A stretch of 64,000 nucleotides of DNA, from contig OZ116699.1 of assembly GCA_964199315.1 (NCBI GenBank), positions 29,450,001 to 29,514,000 on the forward strand, read 5' to 3'. The notes under the pieces are model-generated. The model was given only the letters and a program-made list of their open reading frames with translations. It did no database searches and had not been told where the DNA came from. Of this stretch, positions 42,501 through 55,400 are shown piece after piece; within the stretch, counting starts at the first letter, position 1, and every line of letters begins with the position of its first letter. The translations under genes were made by a program, and so were the position numbers. Origin of the DNA: Orbicella franksi. Lineage: Eukaryota.

Positions 42501-43423
42501 TCTGCCAACAAGCTTCACTCTAACTCGTCTACGTCGGACGCGTATGCTGCAACGAACCCGGCGCCTGACGCGCATCCATCGCTTCTTTCGCCTTAGGTAC
42601 CATACCTTTCTGCGCCGTCTGATTCGTATTCTTTTTCCTCCCACTTTGCAAATCAATCTGACACGTTTTACTTTCCTCCACTTTCGTCTTCTTTTCAGAT
42701 ACCACTTTCGACCGAATCTTCGAAGTCCGCACCATTTTCTTCTGATACGGACTCGCCATCGCCTCCCAAAGCGTTTTATTTTCCTGTATTTTCGCCTGAT
42801 TAAAATCCTTAACCTTCGCCTGAACCTACGGATAGGTTTCCTCTTTAGGCCGAAGAAGTATTTCCTTCTTATTTTTACAAGGCGTCGTCTACCACGGTAT
42901 CGGATATATCTCCTACCTGGATTAACCAAGAAAGCACTTTTTAATAACAATCATTCAAAATATTTAAATAGGAAAACAGCGACAATAAGAAGGTAGCAGC
43001 ATTCGCTGGATATGTTGTCTTATTTCAGTAAGTGAAAGGTAAGTTTCTAAATAAACAGATGTGCTGTGTCATCAGGCAGGTAAAATGCTGAATTAACAAA
43101 GCCTAAGTCAAATTCAACGGCAATCGGAATCTGATCACGAGGTCTTGTGTTTAAGGAAATTCAAAGAAAATATTATTTCAATTAACTTAAATCCAAATGA
43201 GGATAGGACAACTGTTGGTAAGAGAACATTTACAGTACAGTAAAATCCCGTGTGCGAGAACCTGCATGCTTTGAAGTCTGGCGAAATATAGGTTCTTGTA
43301 TTTTGCGGTAGTTATTGGAAATTTAGGATAAGTAGTTCTTAATTAGGTTCTTAATTAATTTATATGAAGGAGATATAGTTACGCATTGATTACCAGAATA
43401 ATGCTATACATGAACAATTACTC

Positions 43424-43456
<33 letters not shown>

Positions 43457-46400
43457 TGTAACACCAGTGCAAAAAGTGTAACACTAGTGCAAAGCGTGTA
43501 CCACCAGTGCAAATTACACATCGTAATTCTGGATTATGATTGCCTGGAATACAATAGGAAATTTTCTAAGCCAATGATATCACGTAAAATGATGACGAGA
43601 ATTTTGCGCGGAAACTTTGAGTTTGAGTTGAGTTTTTCAAAAAGCTGAAATTGCACTCGCCGAAGCGGATCGCGCAATTTCAGCTTTTTGAAAAATTCAC
43701 TCGTGCAAATTAATTCTAAATTGAATTCGAAACCGTATGATTACCTATACAAATACATTAACTTGGGTTTGGTCCTTGAATATACAGTATTTATTCGTAA
43801 CTGTATCATGGTTCCTCCGTGGCTTAAAATGTTCATGATAATTTATTTGTAACCCACATTCAAGAACCTGCTTGATCTTGCTTGGCTAAACAGGTTCTTA
43901 TATTTTTTGCGTATTAAAATGGCAAATTTCTGCCAGCAGGTTCTTAAACCGCTAGATTCTTACACGCGGGTTTTTACAACTTTCATCGATTGTAATTGTT
44001 GTTTGTGTTAAGGACATGGTCTACTTACGTTTTCCTCGTCTGCCACGCCTTCGACCTGAGATCAAATAAAGACAAGATTGTATAAGTCGAAAAACAAAAT
44101 ACTCAAACGAAACAAGATGTCCTTAGGAAACGAAGAAACCAAAAGAAAAAAAAACACGAGTATTTCCTGTCATTTTAACGCCATTTATCCCATCAATTGG
44201 GCAAATTAGACAATCCTGACGACCCTTTCATTTGCTCGACTTTAATTCGGTGGCCCACAGATGCTGGGTGACGAGTTTCTGTAGGAAACTACGAGCTCCA
44301 GTCAAGTAAAAAAGACCATATTCGTATTCTCGGTATTGGACTGGAACTAGCTTGCAATTGAGGCTCATGCGGGGGAATATCATTAAAACGAGGTTGATGT
44401 CATTTTGCATTTGAAAAGACTGCCCGCATTAGCCTCAGTTGCAAGCTAGTTCCAGTCCAATACCGAGAATACGAATATGGTCTACTGTCTGACACCGGCA
44501 AGGACGCAAATCATTGTGTACTTACGCCATCTTCGTCTTCGTCTTCTCCTTCGTCTCCTTCTTCGTCGTCTTCGTCGTCGACGCCGCCTTCGGCGTCTTC
44601 TTCTTCGCCTTCGACCTACAAAACATTAACGTAAATGAGGTTAAAGTTGTGAGTATGGAGCCCTACAAGGTTCGGTGAGTTAAGGTGTGACAGAAAGGTC
44701 ATATCTTTTATATATCACAATTAGATGCGTACGAAAAACACGGAAAAACAGCCAAAAATAAGACTTCAGGGTTGTCATAATGTACAGCGGAAATATGAAG
44801 TTAATAAATCGAAAAATAAGCTGGTAATGCTATTTTGTAATGATGACTTCGCAATGACCGACAACTGACAACTCACTGACAACTCGTGAAAAATCAGTTA
44901 GTGAAAATGACGAGCAAGCTACAAAAGGGATATGTTATATTCAATCTTTACTGAGACATCTCAAATCATGACCGTGCTACTAACTTCTTTACTACAGATT
45001 ACAATTCCGCTCTCTGCGAAATCGGTTATTGTCTCCTCACCTCGCAGGCGACGTTTTCTTCCATATCGCACACGCTTACTTCTCAGCCATTTTTGTCGGA
45101 ATCTAATCCGGTACCGTCTTCCATTTCTCTTTACTAAAAGTTTGCGTCCTCCATAACGCATGAAATAGACACGTCGACGTCTGACAGGGATCAATCTTTT
45201 ACGGAACCGCAAATATATCCTCTTACCGCGGCGTATCACGCTTGTCCATTTTCGGCGGAATCGTACCTGGTACTTGGAAGTTCTTGTGAAGACAGGCCAC
45301 CTTCGGCCGCGATAGATAACGCGGAACTTCCGGCCGTATCGTCTAATGCGAAGCCATGACCGACCGTATTTCAAGTACAAAATGCCACGCCTTCGTTTTA
45401 ATGGTCTCCATCCTCTGTTAAAGTACACTCGAGATCGTCCCCCACGTCTTCGGACGCGGTAGCGGCGTCTTCCGTATTTCACAGTCCATTGTCTTCTCCA
45501 TGCTCTCACGCGTCGGAGTTTACCGCGGAACCGGATTCTACGAACACGCCATCCTAGGAAGTGACGACAGCAATTTTGAACTGATGGGATTAGAGTTTTC
45601 CGAACGAGCAAGTGTTACTGTCCAGCTTAGAGAATAAAATAAAACTTAGGTATTGCCGTTTCCCATAACTACAAGGAACCTAGTTTGGCAAAAAGTACTT
45701 TAATTGCGTACACGGTCGCAAAATCTGAGGAAAAAAACTAAACGAACTGAATCGTGAGAATAGATGATCATTAGTTCACCAGCTGCTTCGTACCCAGGCA
45801 TTCCTCATAAGGGAAAACTGCAAAATACATGACTAAAAGAAGACGAGAAGGTTCGAGTTAGAGTCCTAAGTATTAACCGCTCCATGTGACTATCTAGAAT
45901 ACATGGTATGCATACTTTTTCGGTATCGTCTTCTTCGACGCCTTCTCCGTCTACGCCTTATTCGACGGCGTCTGCGTCGCCGTCTTCGACGTCGCCGTCT
46001 TCGTCTCCTGCTTTTTGTTATTCTCCTTCCTATAACCAAAAAGCTGTCAATAAATGCGGAAAATTCCAAACACAGTTACTTTACCCCTTCTTAATCGGTA
46101 CATATGTCTCCAAGGAAGCTGACATATCCCAGCTTTCATCTCTCCCTCTCTCTTGTTCTAAGAATGTCAACAACCCGTCAGGTTCCGCGAGATGAGTTTC
46201 TTATAAGATAACCTTCTAACTCCATAGTGGAAACCTTCGTTAGATTATTCTTATTTCTCTCCCTCTCTCTAGTTCTAAGAAGATCAACACCCTGTCAGGT
46301 TCCGCGAGATGAGGTTCTTGCAAGATAACCTACTAACTCCATAGTACAAACCCACGTTAGATTACTCTTATTTCTCTTCGTTTATCTTGTTCTAAGAAGA

Positions 46401-49400
46401 CCGACACTCCGTCAGGTTCCGCGAGATGAGGTTCTTACAACATAACCTACTAACTCCATAGTACAAATCTACGTTAGATTACTCTTATTTCTCTTCGTTT
46501 ATCTTGTTCTAAGAAGACCAACACTCCGTCACAAGATAACCTTCTAACTCCATAGTGGAAACCTTCGTTAGATTATTCTTATTTCTCTCCCTCTCTCTTG
46601 TTCTAAGAAGATCAACACCCTGTCAGGTTCCGCGAGATGAGGTTCTTGCAAGATAACCTACTAACTCCATAGTACAAACCCACGTTAGATTACTCTTATT
46701 TCTCTTCGTTTATCTTGTTCTAAGAAGACCGACACTCCGTCAGGTTCCGCGAGATGAGGTTCTTACAACATAACCTACTAACTCCATAGTACAAATCTAC
46801 GTTCGATTACTCTTATTTTTCTCCCTCTCTCTTGTTCTAAAAAGATCAACACCCTGTCAGGTTCCGCGAGACGAGGTTCTTACAAGGTAGTTAACCTAAT
46901 AACTCCATAGTACAAACCTACGTAAGATTACGCGTATTTCAAAGGATATAAGTTCTACTTACCTCGACGCCCTCTATAACGTCGACGTCGCCTTCTTAGT
47001 CGAACTACGAAAAAAACAACAATACCTCAGGACTTTACAAGCTAGCAAATACAAATACTTACGAAGGATAAATAAGAGGTTATAAAATTGTTACTGCGTT
47101 TCGAATTTCTAACAAGCAACGACGAAATACTACTGCCCCAAGGTCTTCCAGCATTGTCTCGAACCCATTTAGTTTGCTATAGGCCAGTCTTTCTCGACAG
47201 AGCTGTGATCTCATAGCTATTTTAGGAAACATTGTTGTTCAGCGATCTCTCACGATTAAACAGTAGACGAAAAAAAGGGAATTTAGGTGTACTGATGCAA
47301 GCTTTTCGCATAATTCTAACCTTGAGAAAATAATACTGGAACAATTGAGCAGTTTTGGTCTGGGCAAGGAGCTATGTAATTTCTGTAACGGCTTAATTTG
47401 CGCAGACAACCAACGGACAAAGAAATTTAATCACTTTATATTTAGAGAGGATATAACAAATGTCCATTTTAACACAGAAACTAGCCATCCTTACTAAAAA
47501 CGGAAAGCAAAAATTGAAGCATACAATGATGCTATAGCAGCCTATAAGAGCCTCAGCCTAAAGAAAAAATACTTCAATTATTTAAAAAAAGAGCGAAACT
47601 TTGAGGATTAATCAATCATTTTAAAAAAGAGCGGAACTTTGAGGATCAATCGTACCTTTGATCGGTCTGGAGATTGGTCTCCATCTTCTTCCGTACCTCA
47701 GTCTCCATTTTCCCCTCCTTCTCTTTAACCAGCGTCGCTTTCCTTTGTAGCGGACATAACGCCGGATCCTGCATCCCAATGGCCTCCATTTCCTCCTGAC
47801 GAACACCCGCCATTTCCCACGACGACGCACGATTCTTACACGGCGACGATTGAACACAACCTTCAGTGTAAACCGTGGAATGGTAATAAACCGTCTTGAT
47901 ATACGGACTTTCCAGTAACGGCCGATTCTACGTATCGGACGCCAAGCACCTCCGTAGAAGATGTATCGTCGTCTTCTTCTGAATTTTATTCTGACCCATC
48001 TGCGTCTGAAGTACAGAAGTAATCTTCGCCGCAGCTTGGGTATTCTGTACGAACGCTTTCCTATTTTAAACGACCATCTGCGAAGACGTCTTAACCGAAG
48101 TTTACGTCTTCTGAAGTAAACGAGCCGGCGTCGTCGACCTGCCGCAAAAGAGATCAATGCTATTCTTAAAAACAGACCGCAAGATAGAATTGAAGGGGCT
48201 TCAGGTTTCACTGATCGGTTGTATTCAATGAATGGATACTCTACCTAACAGTTCTTTTAGCCTGTAGGCTCCGACTTTGTTGATAATAATTACTTTCTAT
48301 CTATCGTATTAATCAACTTCTTATGTAATTACTATCTTCCATGCAAATATTTTTCTTCCTAGCCAATAAAGATTATTGTGATTGTGATTGTTATTCATAC
48401 ATTGTCTCAGCGTTAGACTGAAAACGTTTCAGGCAAGAACAGCTCAACACACATTACACTGGCCCTTCCCTAGTGAGGTCTTTTCGCATATGTTCTCGTC
48501 TCCCTCATCACAACAGCGAATATTCACTGGGACACAAAATGCAAAAACTAAGCTTTGCAAACAACAGAGCCGGAGATTATTATGGGACTGGGCATAACAC
48601 CTTTTTCCAAGTCAAACGTTTTTTAAGTGCTCACAGATAAATACTTACGCCGTGGGAACTTTCTTCTTCTTCTCCTTCCTTTTCGTCGGTAACGACCTGA
48701 AACAATAACGAAAAAAAATATCAACGGCATATCAGGCGAGTTTAGTCGAGCCATGCTTCGTATTTTCGCGAGACGTGGTCGAGCCAAACTATCCGTGGAT
48801 AGACCAAACGGGCCTGATATGTGAAGCGTACCGAAAAAGGTACGATTAGTTGTTTACCGAACCCAAATTCCGCCAAGTGACCATGATATCGTGGCCTATG
48901 AGGTCAGTGTATTGATATCGCAGGATGTCAGGATAGTAGACACGGCTTCTGACTGGCTGTTTCCGGAATTGGGTATGGTTAAAACAAATATCTCAGCAAG
49001 AAAAACGGCAAGCAGATCACCGCTCTCTTTGGTTTCTACAAGTCAAAAGGTAAACGCGATATGCTATAAAGTTCTCTTAATATAATAAAGAGCTTATCAT
49101 TATATTTTCAAGATACTTACGAAGTTTGATTTTCCTCCATCTATTTCCTAAACGAGCTTTCCATTTCCCACGTCTTCTCTTCAGCCAAACTCTCTTCTTT
49201 TTGTAAGTTACAAAACGTCGTATGCCACACATCATAGGCCTCCATCTTTTCTTAGTGAACAAACGCCATCTTCTGCGGACTCGCTTGATTTTCTTATAAC
49301 GGCGACCGATACGAATCCTGAGCCTTAAGCGTCCAAGGCGTCTCCAACGCTTCCCGTATCGGTATCTCCAAGAACGTCCTCGACGTCTTAAACGACACCA

Positions 49401-52400
49401 ACGTCTTCTTACACGGAGCTTCCACGTTTTACGTTTTCTTTTCACCCTTACATACTTCCTCTTGAAGCGTGCATATAAACGCCTTCTCATTCGGCGAATC
49501 CTGAAGACTTTTCCTTTGACTGTGGTCGTCCATATTCGGTATCTTCTGACGCGCCTTCTACGTCCACCGAGTTTGACGTATCGGCGCCGTCGACCTGCAG
49601 TGAGATTTTTTCAGAAAAAGAAAAGGTTTATAATCAAGAGGCCCGCCTTAAAATATACTGACGAAAGGAATTTGTTTCAGGAATGTAAATAATAATACCG
49701 TTCGTTCTGTAACCGTGCAAAGGGATCTATACGCCAAAAAGTACACAAATCTGGCTAAGAAACCTTCACTCAAAACTATTAAAAGAATAGTTTTAAACTG
49801 TGCGTTCCGCAATTTTAGGTCATTTTTCGGGTCAAATGCTCTATTTTTTCAAACGACATCTTCGACGACATCTGGCGTTTTTATGCCTTTCGGTTCGAGT
49901 CTACTTGAACTGGGTCATCCCGAAGAAAGCTAACCAATCAACATGTATACTGAGAACAGTGGACGGGTAGCTTTTTTTCGTGAAGGCAAATAACGGTCTC
50001 TTTGACTTGAAAACATAAAGTACTATTGATTCCTACTTTTGTGTGATATACACTCTACAGATTCAGTCCTAGACGGCGACCTCTCGTAATTATTAATTTC
50101 ACTCGAGAAATTTAGCTTGAAAACTCGTTTTGCGACAACTAAACCGAAACATTTCAAAATAGAAAAACCGTAGCCACGACAAAACATATTAAAAAGTTAT
50201 AAAAACGTTCACTGGCTCTATAAAGTTAAGACTTCCGAACTTTCGGTCGTCAGACTGCAGCCTGCCCTTCGATGGAAAAAAATAGAAAAAGTAACAACTA
50301 CCAACATGTTCAGAAATATGTCGGACCATAAAAGGTGGTTAACAAAAATGTTAAACCAAACTTGTAATTCCCTCACCTCTACCAAGTGGGATGCGAGCTG
50401 ATGCGTAACTTGGACCTCGTCTCTGTGGGCGACTCATGTATCTGATCCAATATGGTCTTCTACGACCAACATACCCGATCGCGGCAAGACTGCTTCTGAA
50501 GCTCAGTCTTATTCTTCGTGGATCGATGTGCAGCCTTTTGAGCACATATTTGTAGTATCTACCAAACCGATACGCCTCGTCTTGGATTGCAAGTACAACA
50601 ATACACCTACAATTGCCAGAAAATGTTAGCATAAAGAAAAATGAAACTGAGACTATTGCATTACATCAAATGAGGTCGGATTTTCATAAATTGTATCGGA
50701 TAAGGGTGATATTCTAGCTAGTTGTAGCTGTGTCTACAACAGGAACTTGAAACACTTAACAATCCCATGATGACGTATTTCCTAAGATTTTGTACAAACA
50801 AAAACAACAGCACAATTTATTTACCCCATTAGTAAGTAGTTTATAAATACAATTATTTCAACTGGTTTTTTGAAAAATTAAAAGATTATCAGCTCCCTGA
50901 GTAGAAATTGAACGTGTAATCTGTGATGAAATGGGGCTACGAGAAGACGTGAAGGCTGCCATGCGGTACTGAAACCGCGAAGGAAAGCTTGGTGGAAATC
51001 CTGAAAATCCAGCTTGCTGAAAACCAGGATTGAATTTCATTGCCTTATGAATTTAGCCTTGATGTTGGATGTGATGAATAAGAACCAGTGGTGCTCGTTG
51101 GCGTTGGACGTCTTGGCCTGCAAGCGGTTGATTTGAGGCTTCATTTGCACTGGTTTGGTTGGAGGCGTCGTTTGGAGTGTTTTCGTTTTGCACTTCTTAT
51201 ATCCACTGATAATGTGAGGCAGCTCTTTCCTTTGATTATCGTCTATTTCATCGTAGTCGTCTAACGAAGATTCGTGCATGGACTGTTATTTCACAGATGA
51301 CATTGTGCGGTTGACCAGAATTCTCCACTTGTGACACCAATGTTTTCCTCATGCTGTGGTTCGAGAACTTCTTATTTGTCTTGAGACAGGAGGCCATAGA
51401 TTTCGTGGTATTGCTGATGGTGTTTTGTCCCATGCGAACTTTGGTGTATTAGACATCTGTTGACTGAGGACGATTTATGACGCTCAGATAGAGAGGCCCT
51501 GTGTCCTTCATTCCCTGGGATCGCTTGCACAATCAAAGCTTGAAGAGCCACACTGGATCGGTTTTTCCGCCGTCGGTGGTATACATAACTTGTGGCGTAG
51601 TTCTTCGCCTGATAGACAGATCGCCGCTTCTTGTTTTGGTTGGACCTTCGCGGAACTCTACGACTTCAGTGCAATCTTCTTGTTGTCCTATCACAAGGTC
51701 CTCCACGTACACGTCGTGGTGTTCCTGGCTACCTCTAAGCCAAGTTGTTCAGTCAAGTTTTTAAAGTTCACATTGGTCAGTACCCTTCCATTGAAATACC
51801 CTAGCTGACCTTTCTCCGACAGAGCCGATTCCTCTTCTGGTGTTAATGGCTGTGCATAGTTTGGTCCCTTACCCTTTCCTTGCTGGCGCAGAGAAAGTCC
51901 CTTCGCATTGAGGATTTCTTGTGAGTTATGGACCCCTCTCGATCGCACGATACTCACTGGATAGCTTTGGTCCTTTAGCTGACGTTCAATTGTTCTTTGC
52001 ATGATTTTCTGCGATTGAGGCTCGTAATCATGTCCGTCCCTTTCTTCTACTTCGGCGTAGAACTTTGCCAGGACCGTGTTTCTTCAAAATCTATACCGAA
52101 AGTTGGAAACGACTACCGGAAAAGTTGATTTTCAACCTGGAGGGGCTGGTCATCATCATTTAGAAACCGTAAGTAATTAAATTTATCCATTTTTCAAACT
52201 TAGCAAAGTCTTGGCCACAAAAGTTGCGAAATTTGCCCAATAATGGCTTTTTTGTCTTTCATTTTCCTACAATGTGATTGGTTAGTTTTAAAAAGCCTTA
52301 AAATCTGATTGGTTGTTTTGTTTTAGCGTTCCACTCTCAATGGCCAGAAACAAGATGCGATTTAGAGTACAAAATAGCGCGATTCGGGAATAAATCGCCC

Positions 52401-55400
52401 TGCTGAGAACGAATCAAATTTCAAGGATAACCAGTGATTTTAAAATGGATATAATAAAAGATGTAATCAAACTGGGACTGTGAAAATAAATTTTATCATC
52501 AGAAATCAACAGCTAAAAGTGGTGAAAACAAACTTACCCTCGTCTGATGCGGTAAATAAATCTCTTGAACCTCTTTGCCTGATAACGGCTGCCATGTGTG
52601 TCAAAAGACCTCCTTTGTACAACACGCCCTATTGCAGTAAAAACATCAGCAATAAGATTTAAAGAAAAACACGACAGGACAGTCTATATCATCATTGATA
52701 TAATCTAGACCATTGATAATTAGCTTGCGAATTCAAGAGGCTAGAATCGAAAACCACAGCATAAGGGTGACACCACACATCTAAGTACAAAGATACAAAT
52801 AGTTTTTGAGGTCATGCTACTCTTGGTACATTGAGGGCTCACCAGTGTTGCGGTCGATAACACAAACGTCAAAACCACGCTTGGGCAGAGAATCTCTTTC
52901 GAAGCGTACCAAAAAGGTAGGAATAGCTTTATTAACTATAAGTCCTTACCCGTCCGGCGGTTGATAACGATAGAATTAAAACCACGCCTACGCAGAGAAT
53001 AATCTCTTCTGAAGCGTACTAGAAACGTAGGAATAGCTTTAACAACTATAAGTCCTTACCTGTCCTGCGCTTGATAACGATAACGTTAAAACCACGCCTG
53101 TGTAGAGAATAATCTCTTCCGTTGACTCTGATGTAGGCCCGCGAGCGTCCATACAAAGTACGTCCGCGCTTCTTATCAACAAAACCTTGACTTTCCACTC
53201 TCACTCTTACATATCCTGTACATAATAACAAAAAGAAGCACGTTTATGCGGAAGTCGAAACTCGAAGATATTCTGATCTCTCAACTTTCCAAATGTATTT
53301 TAAGAGAAACTTGGTATAAAGAGGAAACTTACTTAAATATGACAGTGGCTTCCCTCGAAATATCTGATTACTAACTTATTCCCGACAGCCGAGTATTTGG
53401 TGAAAAAAAATGTTGTAAAAAAATGTTAGCAATTTTAACAGTCTTAGACGGCGACTTACCATAATTATAAATGTCACTCTGTCACTTTTTTCATTTTTAT
53501 CCATCGAAGGCTGTAGTCTGACAGCCGAAAGCTCGAAAGTTTTAACTTTATTTAGCCAATGAATTTTAATGTAAACCGAAACCGTTGAAAAGAGTACAAA
53601 ATTTAGGATCGAAACTAACCAATCAACAAATGGCAAAGTTTCCTGAGAGGTCTGCGAAAGTACACGCTTTCGTGTTTTTTTTTTCTTTCTTTTGTTCTGT
53701 TATAGAGCGATTGTTTTTATTCTTTAATGCTACAGCGATCTTTAAAGAAAGATCGCTATCCTTGTACTCAAGTAACGTTCTGATTGGTTTTCTCTTTACC
53801 AAGCGGCCCGTTTGAGTAGTTGCACTGCAATACCCGATGATAAGCTGCCTATAGACAGGGTCAAAATGATATTGTTTTGATTTGAAGTTTTGAAGAAGAG
53901 CATAACGTCTGCGCAGTTTCGCGGTCATCATAGGTAGCAAAACCAATAGAAACAATTCTTTTTTTTTTATGCTATTGAATGTCATTATTTGAATTTTTCA
54001 AAACAATGCGTCCATGTTTAAATAACTATCGTTCCTCTACACTTGAGAATTAATTTTTTGCTATGGGGATATTGGAAAAATGTAATTGACACCATTTTCC
54101 AATCAGTGTCTCTGATTACACTTACAGTACTAAATAGGACGATTTGTAATACTGAAAGATTCCATATTTAGGGAAACATCTTTATCGTTGTTTTGCTTTA
54201 TGAGTATCTTACCCACTCAAAGTAGGAGTTTTAGAAATCAGTTTGTGCCTCATGAAAACTCTACTTTTTGCTTACGAAATCATAAGTTCCAATCGTTCAA
54301 AGCTCTTATTCGCCTTACTAATCGCGATACATATCTTTTAATGTCAGTTGTAAGAATTTGTTCTAACATGGAGACAATATCTCGTTATTCCTGTCATCAA
54401 TCGGCATAACATTTACTGATATTGCAAGGAGAATATGGATGTTTCTCATTCAAGATATTTGGAGGTGTTTGGGGATCATGGTAGTAAGTACATACCTCTT
54501 CGCCGTCGCATTCCCCATCGCCTTCGACGTCTTCCTCGCCAGCGTCGTCTTCCACCTCTTCTACGTCGTCGTCGTCGTCGTCGTCTTCGTCGTCTTCTTC
54601 TGCGTCGTCGTCTCCTTGCTCGTCTTCTTCTCCTTCTTCGTATTCGTCTTCTACGCCTTCTCGCTGCAAAATAAATGCCCAGGTCTGTTACGACCTTTTT
54701 AGAAGTCGTAACAGCGATTATGCTCACAACTTTCAGGGTAAATGAAATCATATTAAACCTGAGAATTGGAACTAAGTTAGAATTGTCCCACACTCAACTG
54801 GCTGAGGGATCTACATTGTAGCTCAACGCACTAGTCGAAGAAAAAGTATGAATCCGGCATCATGAGCGCGAAAACGCATCCAAGCAAAATCACACTTTAA
54901 TTTGGTTTCACTGGATCCTAACTGATTTGAAGACAATTATTTGGTAATTGATTGGCTTAGGGGACAGTGTCTCTTCCTAATTTCCATATTATTGCCAATC
55001 ACCACAACATATACAAATAAATCGGATATAAAGATTCTGCCAAGCCAATGAAAATTGCCATTCTGTTGAAATTTCACATTTTTCAATTTATTATTAGGAA
55101 TATTAAATGTAGAAATGACAGAAAATTGTAGAAAACTCGGCAATAAAATCCGAGTTCCATCCAGATGGGATTCGAACCCACGACCCTCCGTGATCTAGCC
55201 GGACGCTCTAACCACTGAGCTACTGGAGACTCTATGGTGAGCAAGGGTGAAATGTGGGTCTTTGACTGGAACCGCATCGCGCAGTCACACAGCCAAAGAA
55301 TGACAGGTATTTACCAAGGGTCTTTTTTTTCTTTTTAGTTGATATTTTTTTGCCTTCATTATTCTTTCATTTCGAAGATAATGAAGTAACTTTATAGCAA

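Noticed and set aside
46130-46935. Regular repeat array as CRISPR
   Set aside because: Head-to-tail 117-bp units with no unique spacers, eukaryotic context, no cas genes.
53623-53985. 120-aa minus ORF in the E8-E9 intron
   Set aside because: No recognisable motif or compatible splice sites; likely chance or transposon debris.
54397-54669. Asp/Glu-rich minus-strand ORFs (also 63767-64000) resembling coral acid-rich proteins
   Set aside because: They are a shifted frame of CGA/AGA runs (GAC/GAA). Splice phases of flanking exons fit only the Arg frame, and the acidic frame hits stops (e.g. after the internal AG at 46008). A frameshift origin of acidic proteins from such tracts is speculation with no support here.
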